Positions 47,259-58,767 are shown, counted from the stretch's first letter. The stretch: DNA of 64,000 nt from Myxococcota bacterium (GCA_965247115.1 CBDFGR010000002.1:1312001-1376000); one strand, 5' to 3'. Made by a program: numbers and translations. The notes: generated from the sequence alone by a model not told the origin.

Positions 47259-50200
47259 ATGAGTGCGCGCTCACGCCAACCCGAGATCGAAGAGCTCCTG
47301 GAACGCCGGATCCTGGTCGTGGACGGCGCGATGGGAACCCTCATCCAGGACTACGCGCTCGACGAGGCGAGCTTTCGCGGCGAGCGTTTTGCGGATCACC
47401 CCATCGACCTCAGGGGCGACGGGGAGGTTCTGGTCCTGACGCAGCCCGACGTGATCGAGGAGATCCATGTCAAGTACCTCGAGGCGGGAGCGGACATCAT
47501 CTCCACCGACACCTTCAGCGGGACCTCGATCGCGCAGGCTGAGTTCGGGCTCGCGACCCACGCGTACGAGCTGAGCAAGGGCGCTGCCGAGATCGCGCGC
47601 CGCGCCTGCGTCGAGGTCGGCACGGCCGAACGCCCCCGGTTTGCGGCGGGCTCCATGGGGCCGCTTCCAAAGACGCTCTCGGTAGGAACCGACGTCGAGG
47701 ATCCGGCAGCTCGCCAGGTGAGCTTCGAGCAGGTTCACGCCACCTACGCCGAGCAGGCGCGAGGCCTGATTGACGGGGGGATCGATCTGCTGCTGATCGA
47801 GACGGTCTTCGACTCCCTCAACTGCAAGGCGGCGCTGGCGGCAGTTCGCGACGTGTTCGACGAGATGGGTGTCGAGCTGCCGTTGATGGTCTCGGTGACC
47901 TTCGGAGATCTCAGCGGCCGGAACCTCTCGGGTCAGCAGATTGACGCGTTTCTGTCGACCGTCGAGCATGCGAAACCGCTCAGTGTCGGCCTAAACTGCG
48001 GGCTTGGCGCGGCCGAGGTTCGGCCCTACGTCGCGGAGCTCTCCGAGATCTGCCCGACCTACGTGAGCTGCCATCCGAACGCGGGACTGCCGAACGCACT
48101 CGGCGAGTACGACCAGTCGCCAGAGGCGATGGGAGCGTTGCTGGCCGAGTTCGCCGAGAGCGGACTCGTGAACATCGTGGGAGGCTGCTGCGGGACCGCG
48201 CCGGAGCACATCCACGCGATCTGTACGGCGGTCGAAGGCATCCCGCCGCGAGTCGTTCCGGTGTTCGAGGAGAGACACACTCACTTCAGCGGCCTCGAGA
48301 ACTTCGTGATCCGGCCCGAGTCGAACTTCGTCGTCATCGGCGAACGCACTAACGTCACCGGCTCCCGACGCTTCGCGAACCTGATCCGCAACGACGACTT
48401 TGCCGGCGCCCTCGACGTGGCCTTCGATCAGGTCCGCGGCGGCGCGAACCTGATCGACGTGAACATGGACGATGCCATGCTCGACGCCGAGCAGGCCATG
48501 ACCCGCTTCCTGAACCTGGTCGCGAGCGAGCCCGAAATCGCCCGCATCCCGGTGATGGTCGACAGCTCCAAGTGGTCCGTGATCGAGGCCGGGCTGAAGT
48601 GCCTTCAGGGCAAGTCGATCGTGAACTCGCTCAGCCTGAAGGAGGGCGAGCAGGACTTCCTCGAGAAAGCGCGGCTGGCGAGGCGCTACGGTGCGGCAGT
48701 CGTCGTCATGGCCTTCGACGAGCAGGGCCAGGCGGAGACCGTCGAGCGCAAGCTCGCGATCTGCGAGCGGGTATACGCCCTCCTGACGGAGCAGGCCGGC
48801 TTCGAGGCCGAAGACATCATCTTCGACCCCAACGTGCTCGCGATCGGAACGGGGATCGAGGAGCACGCGAACTTTGGCAAGAACTTCATCGAGGCAACCA
48901 GACGCATCAAGGAGAGCTGCCCCGGTGTAAAGGTGAGCGGTGGAGTGAGCAACCTGTCCTTCTCGTTCCGCGGTAACGACGCCGTGCGCGAGGCCATCCA
49001 CTCCGCCTTCCTGTATCACGCGATTCGGGCGGGCATGGACATGGGGATCGTGAATGCGGGACAGCTCGCCCTCTACCAGGACATTCCGCCCGAGCTGCTC
49101 GAGCGTGTCGAGGACCTGATCTTCAACCGACGCGAGGACGCAACGGAGCGGTTGGTCGAGTTCGCCGAGTCGGTGAAAGGCGGGCCGACGAAGCGCGAGG
49201 TGGACCTCAGCTGGCGCGAGGGCACGGTAGCCGAGCGCCTCCAGTACGCGCTCGTTCACGGCGTAGTGGACTTCATCGTGGAGGACACCGAGGAGGCGCG
49301 TCTCGCCTGCGCACGACCGCTCGACGTGATCGAGGGTCCGCTGATGGACGGCATGAAGGTCGTGGGCGACCTCTTCGGCGCCGGCAAGATGTTCCTACCG
49401 CAAGTCGTGAAGAGCGCGCGGGCCATGAAGAAGGCCGTCGCCCACCTAGATCCCTTCATGCAAGACGAGAAGACCGAGAGCACGTCTCAGGGCAAGATCG
49501 TGGTCGGGACGGTCAAGGGAGACGTGCACGACATTGGCAAGAACATCGTCGGCGTGGTGCTGGCCTGCAACAACTACGAGGTCATCGATCTCGGCGTCAT
49601 GGTCCAGTGCGAAAAGTTCCTGCAGACGGCACGTGACCAAGACTGCGACGTGATCGGCCTGTCCGGACTGATCACACCCTCCCTCGACGAGATGGTTCAC
49701 GTCGCGGGCGAGCTGGAGCGCCAGGGCTTCGAGCAGCCCTTGCTGATCGGAGGCGCGACCACGAGCACCCAACACACCGCGGTCAAGATCGCCCCCCAGT
49801 ACTCGAACTCCACGGTGCACGTGACGGACGCGTCGCGCGTAATCGGTGTGATGTCGAACCTGCTCCGTCCCGAGCGACTAGATGAATTCGATGCAAAGAA
49901 CCGGGCCAGCCAGGAGCGCCTCCGCATTGCACACGGCTCGCGCGAACGCCGTCCGTCGATCCCTTACGGGGAGGCGCGTACCAGGCGCTTCAGCAGCGAC
50001 GACTGGGCTGCTGCTGTCGCGGTTCCGGAGTTCACGGGCCGACGTGTCGTGGATGGGGTCAAGCTCGCCGAGATTGCAGAGTACATCGACTGGACCTTCT
50101 TCTTCACGGCATGGGAGCTCAAGGGACGCTTCCCAGCAATTCTCGAGAGCAGCCGCTACGGCCCCGCAGCGCGAGAGCTCTACGACGACGGACGCGAGCT

Positions 50201-50933
50201 GCTGCAGAAGATCATCGCTGGCAAACGCTTGATGGCGCGCGCGGTCTACGGCTTTTGGCCGGCCAACAGTGAGGGCGACGACGTCGCGCTATACGAGAGT
50301 GCCGATCGTCAGGTCGAGCTGGCGCGCTTTCCCATGCTGCGACAGCAGCGCGTACAGCGGGAGCAAGATCCCTGCTACTCGCTCGCGGACTTTGTCGCGC
50401 CCCGGGAGAGCGGGGTCATCGATTACGTGGGCGCCTTCGCGGTCACAACGGGGCTCGGGGCGGAGGAGCTCACTGTCGAGTACGAGCGGGATCACGACGA
50501 TTATCACGCAATCATGGTCAAGGCACTGGCGGACCGACTCGCCGAGGCCTACGCCGAGCTGCTGCATACTCGTGCGCGCGCAGAGTGGGGCTCCGCCCCG
50601 GACGAGAGGCTGGACCTGCAGGACATGATCGCAGAGCGCTACCGGGGTATCCGACCCGCGCTGGGCTATCCGGCCTGCCCCGATCACAGTCAGAAGGAGC
50701 AGCTTTTCCAGCTGCTGTGCGCGCGCGAGATCGGTCTCGATCTCACGGAGAGCTACGCGATGACTCCCGCCGCCAGCGTGAGCGGGCTCTACCTCGCCCA
50801 CCCGCGGGCCCGCTACTTCTCCGTCGGGCGCGCGGATCGTGACCAGGTCGAAGACTACGCAAAACGCAAGGGCGTCACCGTGGCAGAGGTGGAACGCTGG
50901 CTCACCGCGAACCTCGCCTACACGCCCGACTAG
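47259..50933 (+). CDS. metH: Cobalamin-dependent methionine synthase
   Basis: [29 protein letters not shown]12 motif [11 protein letters not shown] and reactivation domain GYPACPDH. Confidence 0.97.
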   Translation: MSARSRQPEIEELLERRILVVDGAMGTLIQDYALDEASFRGERFADHPIDLRGDGEVLVLTQPDVIEEIHVKYLEAGADIISTDTFSGTSIAQAEFGLATHAYELSKGAAEIARRACVEVGTAERPRFAAGSMGPLPKTLSVGTDVEDPAARQVSFEQVHATYAEQARGLIDGGIDLLLIETVFDSLNCKAALAAVRDVFDEMGVELPLMVSVTFGDLSGRNLSGQQIDAFLSTVEHAKPLSVGLNCGLGAAEVRPYVAELSEICPTYVSCHPNAGLPNALGEYDQSPEAMGALLAEFAESGLVNIVGGCCGTAPEHIHAICTAVEGIPPRVVPVFEERHTHFSGLENFVIRPESNFVVIGERTNVTGSRRFANLIRNDDFAGALDVAFDQVRGGANLIDVNMDDAMLDAEQAMTRFLNLVASEPEIARIPVMVDSSKWSVIEAGLKCLQGKSIVNSLSLKEGEQDFLEKARLARRYGAAVVVMAFDEQGQAETVERKLAICERVYALLTEQAGFEAEDIIFDPNVLAIGTGIEEHANFGKNFIEATRRIKESCPGVKVSGGVSNLSFSFRGNDAVREAIHSAFLYHAIRAGMDMGIVNAGQLALYQDIPPELLERVEDLIFNRREDATERLVEFAESVKGGPTKREVDLSWREGTVAERLQYALVHGVVDFIVEDTEEARLACARPLDVIEGPLMDGMKVVGDLFGAGKMFLPQVVKSARAMKKAVAHLDPFMQDEKTESTSQGKIVVGTVKGDVHDIGKNIVGVVLACNNYEVIDLGVMVQCEKFLQTARDQDCDVIGLSGLITPSLDEMVHVAGELERQGFEQPLLIGGATTSTQHTAVKIAPQYSNSTVHVTDASRVIGVMSNLLRPERLDEFDAKNRASQERLRIAHGSRERRPSIPYGEARTRRFSSDDWAAAVAVPEFTGRRVVDGVKLAEIAEYIDWTFFFTAWELKGRFPAILESSRYGPAARELYDDGRELLQKIIAGKRLMARAVYGFWPANSEGDDVALYESADRQVELARFPMLRQQRVQREQDPCYSLADFVAPRESGVIDYVGAFAVTTGLGAEELTVEYERDHDDYHAIMVKALADRLAEAYAELLHTRARAEWGSAPDERLDLQDMIAERYRGIRPALGYPACPDHSQKEQLFQLLCAREIGLDLTESYAMTPAASVSGLYLAHPRARYFSVGRADRDQVEDYAKRKGVTVAEVERWLTANLAYTPD

Positions 50934-50934
50934 G

Positions 50935-52044
50935 CTAGCCAGTCACGTAGATGTAGCCGTCTTTCTCATCGCGGCGCTCGGCATCGCCCAGCACGCGCAG
51001 GTGCTCCAGGTGAGCGTAGGTCTCGCTCTCTGCCATCGGCCCCCAGCTGCGTTGCTTGAAAAGCTGCTTCGAGAAGTCCTCGACCGTTGCGGGACCGAGC
51101 TCGCGCGAGATCTCCTTGATCTTCTCCAGGCGCTCGAAGTGGTGGCGCTTGATGGCCCGCGCCCGTCCCGGAAGGTCCGTGAACGGGTGGCCGTGCGCCG
51201 GGAGCACCTGCTTGACGCCGCTGAGCTCGGCGACGCGATCGAGCGAGTAGAGGAACGAGCTCAGCGGATCATCGGAGGAGCTCATGCCTCCAATGTGCGG
51301 CGTGATCGTCGGCAGCACGTGATCGCCAGCCAGGAAGGTCCCGTTGTCGGGATCGTGCAAGCAGAAGTGATCGACGGTGTGCCCAGGGGTGTGCAGCACG
51401 AACCACTCCCGGCCCGCGAGCATCAGCACGTCGCCCTGCTCGACGGGGTGGGTGATGGTGGGGACGAAGGAGCGGCGTCCGAACCCGTGGAGCCATCGCC
51501 AGCGCATACGCTCGAGAAAGCTGTCGCGGAAGCCCTTCCCTCCCCAGGGCGTGGGACCCTCCCAGTGCTGCATGGCCCGGGGGCTCTCGGCCGTCTCGTC
51601 GTCCGGCTCGTCGACATCGCTGGACTGTGGGTCGCGCTGCACGGTGAGGTCGTCCACCGAGACCTCCTGCTCGTCGTCCGGAGACAGCACGGGTCCGAAG
51701 CCAAAGCTGCGATGGGCGACGACCTGAGCGCCGGACTCCTTCGCGAAGCGCGAAGCGCCCCCGAAGTGGTCCGGGTGGGAGTGCGTGACGATGACGGTAT
51801 GAACGTCCTTGACCTTGAGCCCGGCTTGCTTCAGCCGGTCGCCGATCGCGCGCCAGTTCCCTGGCCCCGGCAGCCCGGGATCCACCACTGCGGCGCCCTT
51901 CGCGTCGATGATGGCGTACATGTTCACGTGACCGAGACCTGGCATCGAGATCGGCAGCTGCATCCGGAGCACGTCCGGGGCGACCTCTGTGACCTGCGTG
52001 GCTGCGTTCTCCTGCTCCTGCCTGTGCGCTTTCCGCCGTACCAT
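50935..52044 (-). CDS. Metallo-beta-lactamase fold hydrolase
   Basis: THSHPDHFGG, TPGHT, GDHVL and PAHG motifs. Confidence 0.9.
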   Translation of the reverse strand: MVRRKAHRQEQENAATQVTEVAPDVLRMQLPISMPGLGHVNMYAIIDAKGAAVVDPGLPGPGNWRAIGDRLKQAGLKVKDVHTVIVTHSHPDHFGGASRFAKESGAQVVAHRSFGFGPVLSPDDEQEVSVDDLTVQRDPQSSDVDEPDDETAESPRAMQHWEGPTPWGGKGFRDSFLERMRWRWLHGFGRRSFVPTITHPVEQGDVLMLAGREWFVLHTPGHTVDHFCLHDPDNGTFLAGDHVLPTITPHIGGMSSSDDPLSSFLYSLDRVAELSGVKQVLPAHGHPFTDLPGRARAIKRHHFERLEKIKEISRELGPATVEDFSKQLFKQRSWGPMAESETYAHLEHLRVLGDAERRDEKDGYIYVTG

Positions 52045-52118
52045 GCGGCGATCCTACCGCAGCGGGCGTCGCGCTCGCCAGCGAGCTAGTCTCTACGCTC
52101 GAGTCAGGAGGATGCGCG

Positions 52119-52697
52119 ATGGATCATGACGGCGGAAGCGAGGTACAGCTCCCGTTTCCGGTGGTACTTGAGAACACTCTCTTCGAGTCGCGCCAGATCT
52201 TCATCTACGGTGAGATCAACCAGAAGGTCGCACGGGACGTGTCGCAGAAGCTGATCGCCATGGCGGAGAGATCGGACGATCCGATCGTGGTCTTCATCAA
52301 CTCGCAGGGCGGACACGTCGAGGCTGGGGACACCATCCACGACATGATCCGTTTCGTGAAGCCCGTGGTAAACGTCGTCGGTACCGGCTGGGTGGCGAGC
52401 GCCGGAGCCCACATCTTCATCGCTGCGGAACGGGAGAACCGCTACTCCCTCCCGAACACTCGCTACATGCTCCACCAGCCCGTGGGCGGGATCCGCGGCC
52501 ACGCCGTGGACATCGGGATCGAGGCGCGCGAGATCCTCAAGATGCGCGCGCGCCTGAACCGCGTCCTCGCCGAGCGCACCGGCCAGACGCTCGAGAAGAT
52601 CGAAGAAGACACAGACCGCAACTTCTGGATGAGCGCTGAGGAGGCCCTGGAGTACGGGATCGTCGGCAAGGTGATCGAGTCCTCCGACGCGCTCTAA
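52119..52697 (+). CDS. clpP: ATP-dependent Clp protease proteolytic subunit
   Basis: INSQGG, VASAG (Ser), MLHQP (His) and DTDRNFWMSAEEA. Confidence 0.93.
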   Translation: MDHDGGSEVQLPFPVVLENTLFESRQIFIYGEINQKVARDVSQKLIAMAERSDDPIVVFINSQGGHVEAGDTIHDMIRFVKPVVNVVGTGWVASAGAHIFIAAERENRYSLPNTRYMLHQPVGGIRGHAVDIGIEAREILKMRARLNRVLAERTGQTLEKIEEDTDRNFWMSAEEALEYGIVGKVIESSDAL

Positions 52698-53602
52698 GCG
52701 TACGGATCTTCCTCCAGGTCCGGGCTGTGCCGGAAGCGGCGGTGGGCCCACATCCATTGCTCCGGGTGGCGACGGATGATCTCTTCGAGCGCAAGGTTGA
52801 ATTGCGCGGTCGCGGTCTCGATGTCGCGTTCCCGGTCTCCGCTGACCACAAGCTCGAGAGGGGGTAGGAAGCTGGCAATGTGGTGATCCGCCGCGTCGCG
52901 CACGACGTAGCACGGTACGACAGGCGCGCCGGTTCGGAGCGCAAGCGTCGCGACTCCAACCGACGAGGAGCAGCGGACGCCGAAGAGAGGCACGAACACG
53001 CCGCGCGCACGGCTCGAGTACTGATCGTTCAGCACGAGCACCGGGCGCCCTCCCCGGAGGGCCCTCAGCATCCCACGAGCGGCGACCCGCTTGTGAGGGA
53101 TGAGCTCTGCGCCGCGCCCTGAGCGCAGCCTGATCATGCGCCGAGCGAGCAGCGGGTTGCGCAGAGGACGGCTTACCGCAGCGAACCCCCGCTCTGGCAT
53201 TTCCATGGAGACCAGACGCAAGCCGAGGTCGAAGCTGCCCACGTGCAGGGTGAGCAGCAGCGCCCCCTTGCCCCGGTCCAGGAGCTTGCCCAGCCGCTCG
53301 AGACCGACGCACGACATGTGTGCGCGCAGATCGTCGTCGGTCCACTTCTCGGCACGGGCCACGTCGACGAGATTCCACGCGAAGTGGATGTAGCTCTGGC
53401 GTCCGAGCTCGGCGATCTCCTCGTCGCTGGCCTCGGGGTAGGCAAAGCGCAGGTTCGTCAGCATCCAGCGCACGCGCTTGCCCCTGAGGCCGAAGTACGC
53501 GCTCGCAGCGGCAGCGGCCAGGCGCTGCGACGTCGTCAGCGGAAGCGCACGCAGGATCGCGCTGCCGAGCAAGTAGGCCCACAGCTCGAGTCGATGCCTC
53601 AT
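52694..53602 (-). CDS. Lipid A lauroyl/myristoyl-type (lysophospholipid) acyltransferase
   Basis: HVGSFD, LNDQ, FVPLFG and PEQWMWAHRRF motifs. Confidence 0.88.
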   Translation of the reverse strand: MRHRLELWAYLLGSAILRALPLTTSQRLAAAAASAYFGLRGKRVRWMLTNLRFAYPEASDEEIAELGRQSYIHFAWNLVDVARAEKWTDDDLRAHMSCVGLERLGKLLDRGKGALLLTLHVGSFDLGLRLVSMEMPERGFAAVSRPLRNPLLARRMIRLRSGRGAELIPHKRVAARGMLRALRGGRPVLVLNDQYSSRARGVFVPLFGVRCSSSVGVATLALRTGAPVVPCYVVRDAADHHIASFLPPLELVVSGDRERDIETATAQFNLALEEIIRRHPEQWMWAHRRFRHSPDLEEDPYA

Positions 53603-53681
53603 AGGGGTCGCCACAGGGTAGCGAAAGGCGCCCTCGGGATTGGGACGGACGAGCGGACGCGGTATGGTGTGCGGTCGACGC

Positions 53682-55511
53682 ATGCAGCCAAGGACCGTTC
53701 TCCAGAAACCTGCCGGGGCAGCCTGGCCCATCTTCTTGCGCACCCTGGGACTCTTTCAGCCCTTCCGGAGCCACCTGGTCGCCGTTGTCCTGCTGATCGG
53801 AACGACATCGACGCTCGATCTCCTGCCCTGGCTCGTGATCCAGAGAATCGTGGACGAGGCCGTGCTGGGGAGCGAGGGGGACCTCGGACGCATCAACCTG
53901 CTGTTCGTGACGATCCTCGCGATCTACCTGACCTCCGCGCTGTTGGGCGTGGTGCGAGGCTATCTGAACCAACTGGTGGGCCAGGGCGTGATGCTGAACC
54001 TGAGGCAGGTTCTGCACGAGCACATCCAGAAGCTCTCGCTGCGCTTCTTCACCCAGACCCGCTCGGGCGAGATCCTCTCCCGCATCACCGCCGACGTGAA
54101 CACGATCCAGGACGCCGTGACCGGTACCTTTACCATGTTCTTGATCCACGTGATCACGCTCGTGGTTGCGGTGGGATTCATGTTCTCGCTGGACTGGCGA
54201 TTGACCGCGCTGATCCTGCTGGTGCTGCCGCTCTGGGTCTACCCGACGCTGCGCATCGGCAACCGGATGCGGCGCCTCCAGCTCGAGTGGCGGGACGAGG
54301 CGGCGGGCATGACCTCACACCTGGCGGAGACGCTGTCCGTCTCGGGCTCGATCCTGGTGAAAGCCTTCGGCCGCCAGGAGCTGGAGTCCGCGCGCTTCGA
54401 CCGCGCCAACCGGGAGCTCCGCGCGCTGTCGATTCGACGCTTCGTGGCCGGGCGCTGGTTCAACACTGCGACGCAGCTCTTCGGAGCCTTCGCGGTCGGG
54501 TTCGTCTACTGGTATGGAGCGCGCGCCGTCCTCACCGGCGAGCTTCCGAGCGTGGGCGTAGTGGTCGCCTTCGCCGGCCTCGCGCAGCGGGTCTTCACGC
54601 CGTTCCGGCAGATCGCGCGCATCGCCACGACCGCGCTGAGCTCGCTGGCACTCTTCGAGCGTATCTTCGAATACCTCGATCTGCCCGTGGAGGTGGCCGA
54701 CCGACCGGGAGCCAGGTCCCTCGGGAGAGCCAGGGGCGGGCTCGGCTTCAGAGACGTCACCTTCCGATACGCCGACCCGGGGCCTGCTGCCCTGAACGGG
54801 ATGAGCTTCGAGGTCGAGCCGGGACAGATGGTGGCTCTGGTCGGGCCTTCTGGGGCGGGCAAAACGACGGTCACGTATCTGCTGCAGCGCCTGTACGAGC
54901 CGCAACAAGGGCGCGTGTTGCTTGACGGAAACGATCTCCACGATCTGCCACTTGAAAGTGTTGCAGAGGCGATCGGTGCCGTCATGCAGGACACCTACCT
55001 CTTTCACGCCTCGCTCGAGGAGAATATCCGCTACGGGCGTCTCGATGCGACCGACGAGCAGATGTGGGCGGCGATCGAGGCCGCAGGCATGGCTGAGATG
55101 ATCGAGGAGCTGCCCGCCGGGTTCGAGACGGTCGTTGGAGAACGAGGGTACCGACTATCCGGTGGCCAGAAACAGCGCGTCGCGATTGCGCGAGCGGTAC
55201 TGAAGGATCCCCCGATCCTGATTCTCGACGAGGCTACGGCCTCGCTCGACACACGTCTGGAACGCGAGATACACGAGGCGACCCTTCGCCTGGCGCGCGG
55301 ACGGACGACCATCATCATTGCGCATCGCCTCTCCACGGTCCTGGCAGCGGACGTGATCTTCGTACTCGACCGGGGTCGAATCGTCGAGTCGGGGCCACAC
55401 GACGAGCTCCTGCGCCGCGGCGGCCTCTACGCTGAGCTGCACCGGGACCAGTTCGCAGTCGAGCTTCTGCCGCTTTCGAAGGGGACAGCGCTGACCGTCG
55501 CAGAGCGCTGA
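53682..55511 (+). CDS. ABC transporter, fused permease/ATP-binding (exporter type)
   Basis: Six TM segments, GPSGAGKT, LSGGQKQR, ILDEAT and AHRLST. Confidence 0.95.
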   Translation: MQPRTVLQKPAGAAWPIFLRTLGLFQPFRSHLVAVVLLIGTTSTLDLLPWLVIQRIVDEAVLGSEGDLGRINLLFVTILAIYLTSALLGVVRGYLNQLVGQGVMLNLRQVLHEHIQKLSLRFFTQTRSGEILSRITADVNTIQDAVTGTFTMFLIHVITLVVAVGFMFSLDWRLTALILLVLPLWVYPTLRIGNRMRRLQLEWRDEAAGMTSHLAETLSVSGSILVKAFGRQELESARFDRANRELRALSIRRFVAGRWFNTATQLFGAFAVGFVYWYGARAVLTGELPSVGVVVAFAGLAQRVFTPFRQIARIATTALSSLALFERIFEYLDLPVEVADRPGARSLGRARGGLGFRDVTFRYADPGPAALNGMSFEVEPGQMVALVGPSGAGKTTVTYLLQRLYEPQQGRVLLDGNDLHDLPLESVAEAIGAVMQDTYLFHASLEENIRYGRLDATDEQMWAAIEAAGMAEMIEELPAGFETVVGERGYRLSGGQKQRVAIARAVLKDPPILILDEATASLDTRLEREIHEATLRLARGRTTIIIAHRLSTVLAADVIFVLDRGRIVESGPHDELLRRGGLYAELHRDQFAVELLPLSKGTALTVAER

Positions 55512-55513
55512 GC

Positions 55514-56755
55514 ATGGAGCTCTTCTCCCTCGCAGCGCTCCTGGTCACGCTGTCCGCCCTGTTCAGCTACCTGAACCACCGGGTGATCGGCTTGCCCTCC
55601 ACGATCGGGGTGCTCGTCATCGCCCTCGCCTTCTCGCTCGTCATGATCGCTCTCGGCGCGCTCGGACTGATCGGCCTCGAGTGGACGAGCTGGTACGCGG
55701 AAATCGAGTTCGGACCCGCGCTGCTCGAAGGAATGCTCGCCTTTTTGCTCTTCGCGGGCGCGCTGCACGTAAACCTCGACGATCTGCTGGAGCAGAAGTG
55801 GGTCGTCACACTCCTGGCCACCTTCGGCGTCGCACTCTCCACGTTCCTCATCGGCGCGAGCGCCTGGCTCGCGTTCGATGCCCTCGGGATCGGCTTGCCC
55901 TTCCTCACGTGCCTGCTGTTCGGGGCGCTGATCTCGCCGACCGACCCGATCGCGGTGCTCGCCGTCTTGAAGCAAGCAGCGGTTCCCCGCAGCCTCGAAA
56001 TGAAGATCGCGGGCGAGTCGCTCTTCAACGACGGCGTCGGCGTGGTGATCTTTCTGGTCCTGCTGGGCATGGCTACCGGAGCTCACGACGAGACCGCCGG
56101 CTCTATCGCATTGCTCTTGGTGCAGGAGACGGGTGGTGGGATCCTGCTCGGGCTGGGCATCGGCTACCTCGCCTTCCGGATGCTCCAGAGCGTCGACGAC
56201 TACGAGGTCGAGCTCCTGTTGACCCTGGCGGTGGTGACCGGAGGCTACTCTCTCGCCAGCGCGCTCCACCTCTCGGGTCCACTGGCCATGGTCGCAGCGG
56301 GCCTGCTAATCGGGAATCACGGTCGGACCTTCGGCATGTCGGAGCGGACCCGCGAGCACCTCGACACCTTTTGGGAGCTCGTCGACGGTGTGCTGAATGC
56401 GGTGCTCTTCCTGATGATCGGCCTCGAGGTGCTGGTGATCCGCTTCAGCGCCAGCACCCTTGTCGCGGGACTGGTAGCGATTCCGCTGGTCCTCGTGGTT
56501 CGCCTGGTCTCGGTCGCGCTGCCCGTCACCGTGCTCCGCCTGCGCCGCAGCTTCAGCCGGCACGTAGTCACGATCCTCACCTGGGGCGGGATCCGCGGCG
56601 GCATCTCGGTAGCCCTCGCGCTCTCCCTCCCGTCTGGAGCCGAGCGCGAGCTGATCCTGGCAGTCACCTACTGCGTGGTGGCCTTCTCCATCATCGGACA
56701 GGGCCTGTCGATCGGGCCGCTCGTGCGCCGCCTCTTCTCTAGCGAGACAGGCTGA
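55514..56755 (+). CDS. CPA1 family Na+/H+ antiporter (NhaP-like)
   Basis: ISPTDPIAV, GESLFNDG and WGGIRGGISVALAL motifs. Confidence 0.93.
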   Translation: MELFSLAALLVTLSALFSYLNHRVIGLPSTIGVLVIALAFSLVMIALGALGLIGLEWTSWYAEIEFGPALLEGMLAFLLFAGALHVNLDDLLEQKWVVTLLATFGVALSTFLIGASAWLAFDALGIGLPFLTCLLFGALISPTDPIAVLAVLKQAAVPRSLEMKIAGESLFNDGVGVVIFLVLLGMATGAHDETAGSIALLLVQETGGGILLGLGIGYLAFRMLQSVDDYEVELLLTLAVVTGGYSLASALHLSGPLAMVAAGLLIGNHGRTFGMSERTREHLDTFWELVDGVLNAVLFLMIGLEVLVIRFSASTLVAGLVAIPLVLVVRLVSVALPVTVLRLRRSFSRHVVTILTWGGIRGGISVALALSLPSGAERELILAVTYCVVAFSIIGQGLSIGPLVRRLFSSETG

Positions 56756-56833
56756 GCCGCTGCATGCGCCCGCCTTGCAGAAGTGTCGCAGGTCGGAACA
56801 CAATCGACCCGCCATCCGCCGGAGGACGAGCTC

Positions 56834-57949
56834 ATGCTCAATGGCTTCAAGATTGTTGATACCGACTGCCACCAGATCGAGCCGACCAGGATGTGGGAGG
56901 AGTACATCGATCCGGCGTTTCGAGCTCGCGCACCCAGACCCGAAAACGTCAACGGCCGCCAGGCCCTCGTCGTGGAGGGCAAGTCGCTCACGAACGAGGA
57001 AGGCAAGTACCCCATGGCGCCGCCCGAGTTCCTCGCGGCGGTTGCAAAGGGCATGGAGCGCTTCGGGCGGGCGCGCAGCGCCGGCTTCGACGCCAGGAGC
57101 CGGCTGCAGGACATGGACGAGCAAGGCGTCGACGCGCAGGTGATTTACCCGACCTCCGGCGGTCAGCTGCTGGGCAAGCCCTTTCGCGACCCCGAGCTCC
57201 TGCTCGCCTGCTGCCGCGCCTACAACGACTGGACGGCGGAGTACTGCTCGGCCGCCCCCGAACGGCTTCGCTGGGCAGCGATGATCCCGCTCCAGCAGGT
57301 CGACCTGGCGCTGGAGGAGCTCGCGCGGGTCACCGAGCGCGGGGCCGTCAGCTTCTACATCCGCCCGAATCCGGTGGCCGGTCGGAACCTCTACCACGAG
57401 GACTACGAGCCCCTCTGGGCTCAGATCGAGCTGATCGGAAAGCCGGTCTGCTTCCACGACTCCGGCTCGCCTTACCTGCCGTCTTACGGCGACAGGATGG
57501 ACACACACACCTCAGGCCACATCATCGCCCACCCGGTCGAGGCGATGGTCGCGATGATGAGCTTGATCTGGTTCGGAGTGGTGGAGCGCTACCCCTCGCT
57601 ACGGATCGTCCACGTGGAGGCGGATGCGGGCTGGCTTCCCTACTGGCTGCAGCGCATGGAGCAGCACTGGGACTTCTCAGGGAACGCCGAGCACCCCGAC
57701 CTGAAGATGCGCCCCACGAGCTACTTCAAGCGCAACTTCTGGGTGGCCTGCCGTGGCGACGAGATGACGATCCCAAGCGTCGTCGAGCTCGTCGGGGACG
57801 ACAACCTGCTCTTCAACACCGACTATCCGCATCCCGACGGCACCTGGCCCTGGGGCATGCAGAGCCTTCGCGACCAGAAGATCTCGGACGAGAGTAAGCG
57901 CAAGATCCTCTGGGACAACCCAGCCCGCGCCTTCTCCCTCGACTCCTGA
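56834..57949 (+). CDS. Amidohydrolase_2 family protein
   Basis: VDTDCH, DMDEQGVD, RAYNDW and FNTDYPHPDG motifs. Confidence 0.9.
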   Translation: MLNGFKIVDTDCHQIEPTRMWEEYIDPAFRARAPRPENVNGRQALVVEGKSLTNEEGKYPMAPPEFLAAVAKGMERFGRARSAGFDARSRLQDMDEQGVDAQVIYPTSGGQLLGKPFRDPELLLACCRAYNDWTAEYCSAAPERLRWAAMIPLQQVDLALEELARVTERGAVSFYIRPNPVAGRNLYHEDYEPLWAQIELIGKPVCFHDSGSPYLPSYGDRMDTHTSGHIIAHPVEAMVAMMSLIWFGVVERYPSLRIVHVEADAGWLPYWLQRMEQHWDFSGNAEHPDLKMRPTSYFKRNFWVACRGDEMTIPSVVELVGDDNLLFNTDYPHPDGTWPWGMQSLRDQKISDESKRKILWDNPARAFSLDS

Positions 57950-57960
57950 CTCGGCACACC

Positions 57961-58464
57961 CTACCTGCTCCGCACGTGGGAGAGCACGAACTCCGCCACC
58001 TCCGCGAGCTCTCCGGCGACCGGGATCTCCGCAGGTAGGCCAGGGATCTCATCGCTTGCTCCCAGCCAGGCAATCAGGGGACGAGCGTAGGTCAGGGCCA
58101 GCTCGATCTCGGAGCGGGTGCCGGGCCCTCCGGGAAGGGCTACCACGACATCTGAGCTGAGGATGTTGATGTGGTTCCTGGACTGGGGATCGGTCCCGCG
58201 CGGCCCGCTCAGGGGCAGGTGTGTGAGGATCGGGACGTCGACCCAAGGATTTGGATAGCCCGGCAGCGGCTGACTCGGGTCTCCGTCAACACAGGGGATG
58301 ATCCCGATGACGAGCCCGAGCCGGCCGGGAACGCTCCGAAAGGCCCGGCTCACGCTGCTCATCACTCCGGGGCCGCCGCCGGTCAGCAGGTGGAAGCCCT
58401 GGGCCGCGAGCCAGGAACCGAGCTGCTCGGCGCGCGGGCTGTCAGGGCTCGAGCCGGAGCCCAT
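57961..58464 (-). CDS. LOG-like / molybdenum-cofactor-carrier family nucleotide-binding protein
   Basis: GVMGSG, LLTGGGPGVM, SRNHINILSSD and LPGGPGTRSE motifs; true start probably further upstream (frame open through RLPVVGV). Confidence 0.8.
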   Translation of the reverse strand: MGSGSSPDSPRAEQLGSWLAAQGFHLLTGGGPGVMSSVSRAFRSVPGRLGLVIGIIPCVDGDPSQPLPGYPNPWVDVPILTHLPLSGPRGTDPQSRNHINILSSDVVVALPGGPGTRSEIELALTYARPLIAWLGASDEIPGLPAEIPVAGELAEVAEFVLSHVRSR

Positions 58465-58514
58465 TACTCCTACAACCGGAAGGCGCTGCCCCGCCCCGCT
58501 CGGCTGTGTCGGAG

Positions 58515-58697
58515 TCAGGTCCCCTGCTCGGCAAAGCAGAAGCGTACCCCGATTGCGAGCAGCGCAAGGTTCGTGCAGGCGCGCGAAAAGCCCTCGGGAA
58601 CGACGCCCACGATCGGGATTCCGAGCAGCGCGGTGACAACGGCCAGCAGGAAGGCCAGGGCGGCCAGTGCGATCAGTAGCTTTGCAAGTGCATCCAT
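58515..58697 (-). CDS. Small two-helix membrane protein (60 aa)
   Basis: Two hydrophobic segments, purine-rich SD, sits between the terminator and the LOG-like gene on the same strand. Confidence 0.6.
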   Translation of the reverse strand: MDALAKLLIALAALAFLLAVVTALLGIPIVGVVPEGFSRACTNLALLAIGVRFCFAEQGT

Positions 58698-58767
58698 CTC
58701 GGCCCCTTCTCGGTTGAGGTGGCTCGATTATGCCTGAGCAACACGTTTCGGTGGCGGCCGGACCTGG

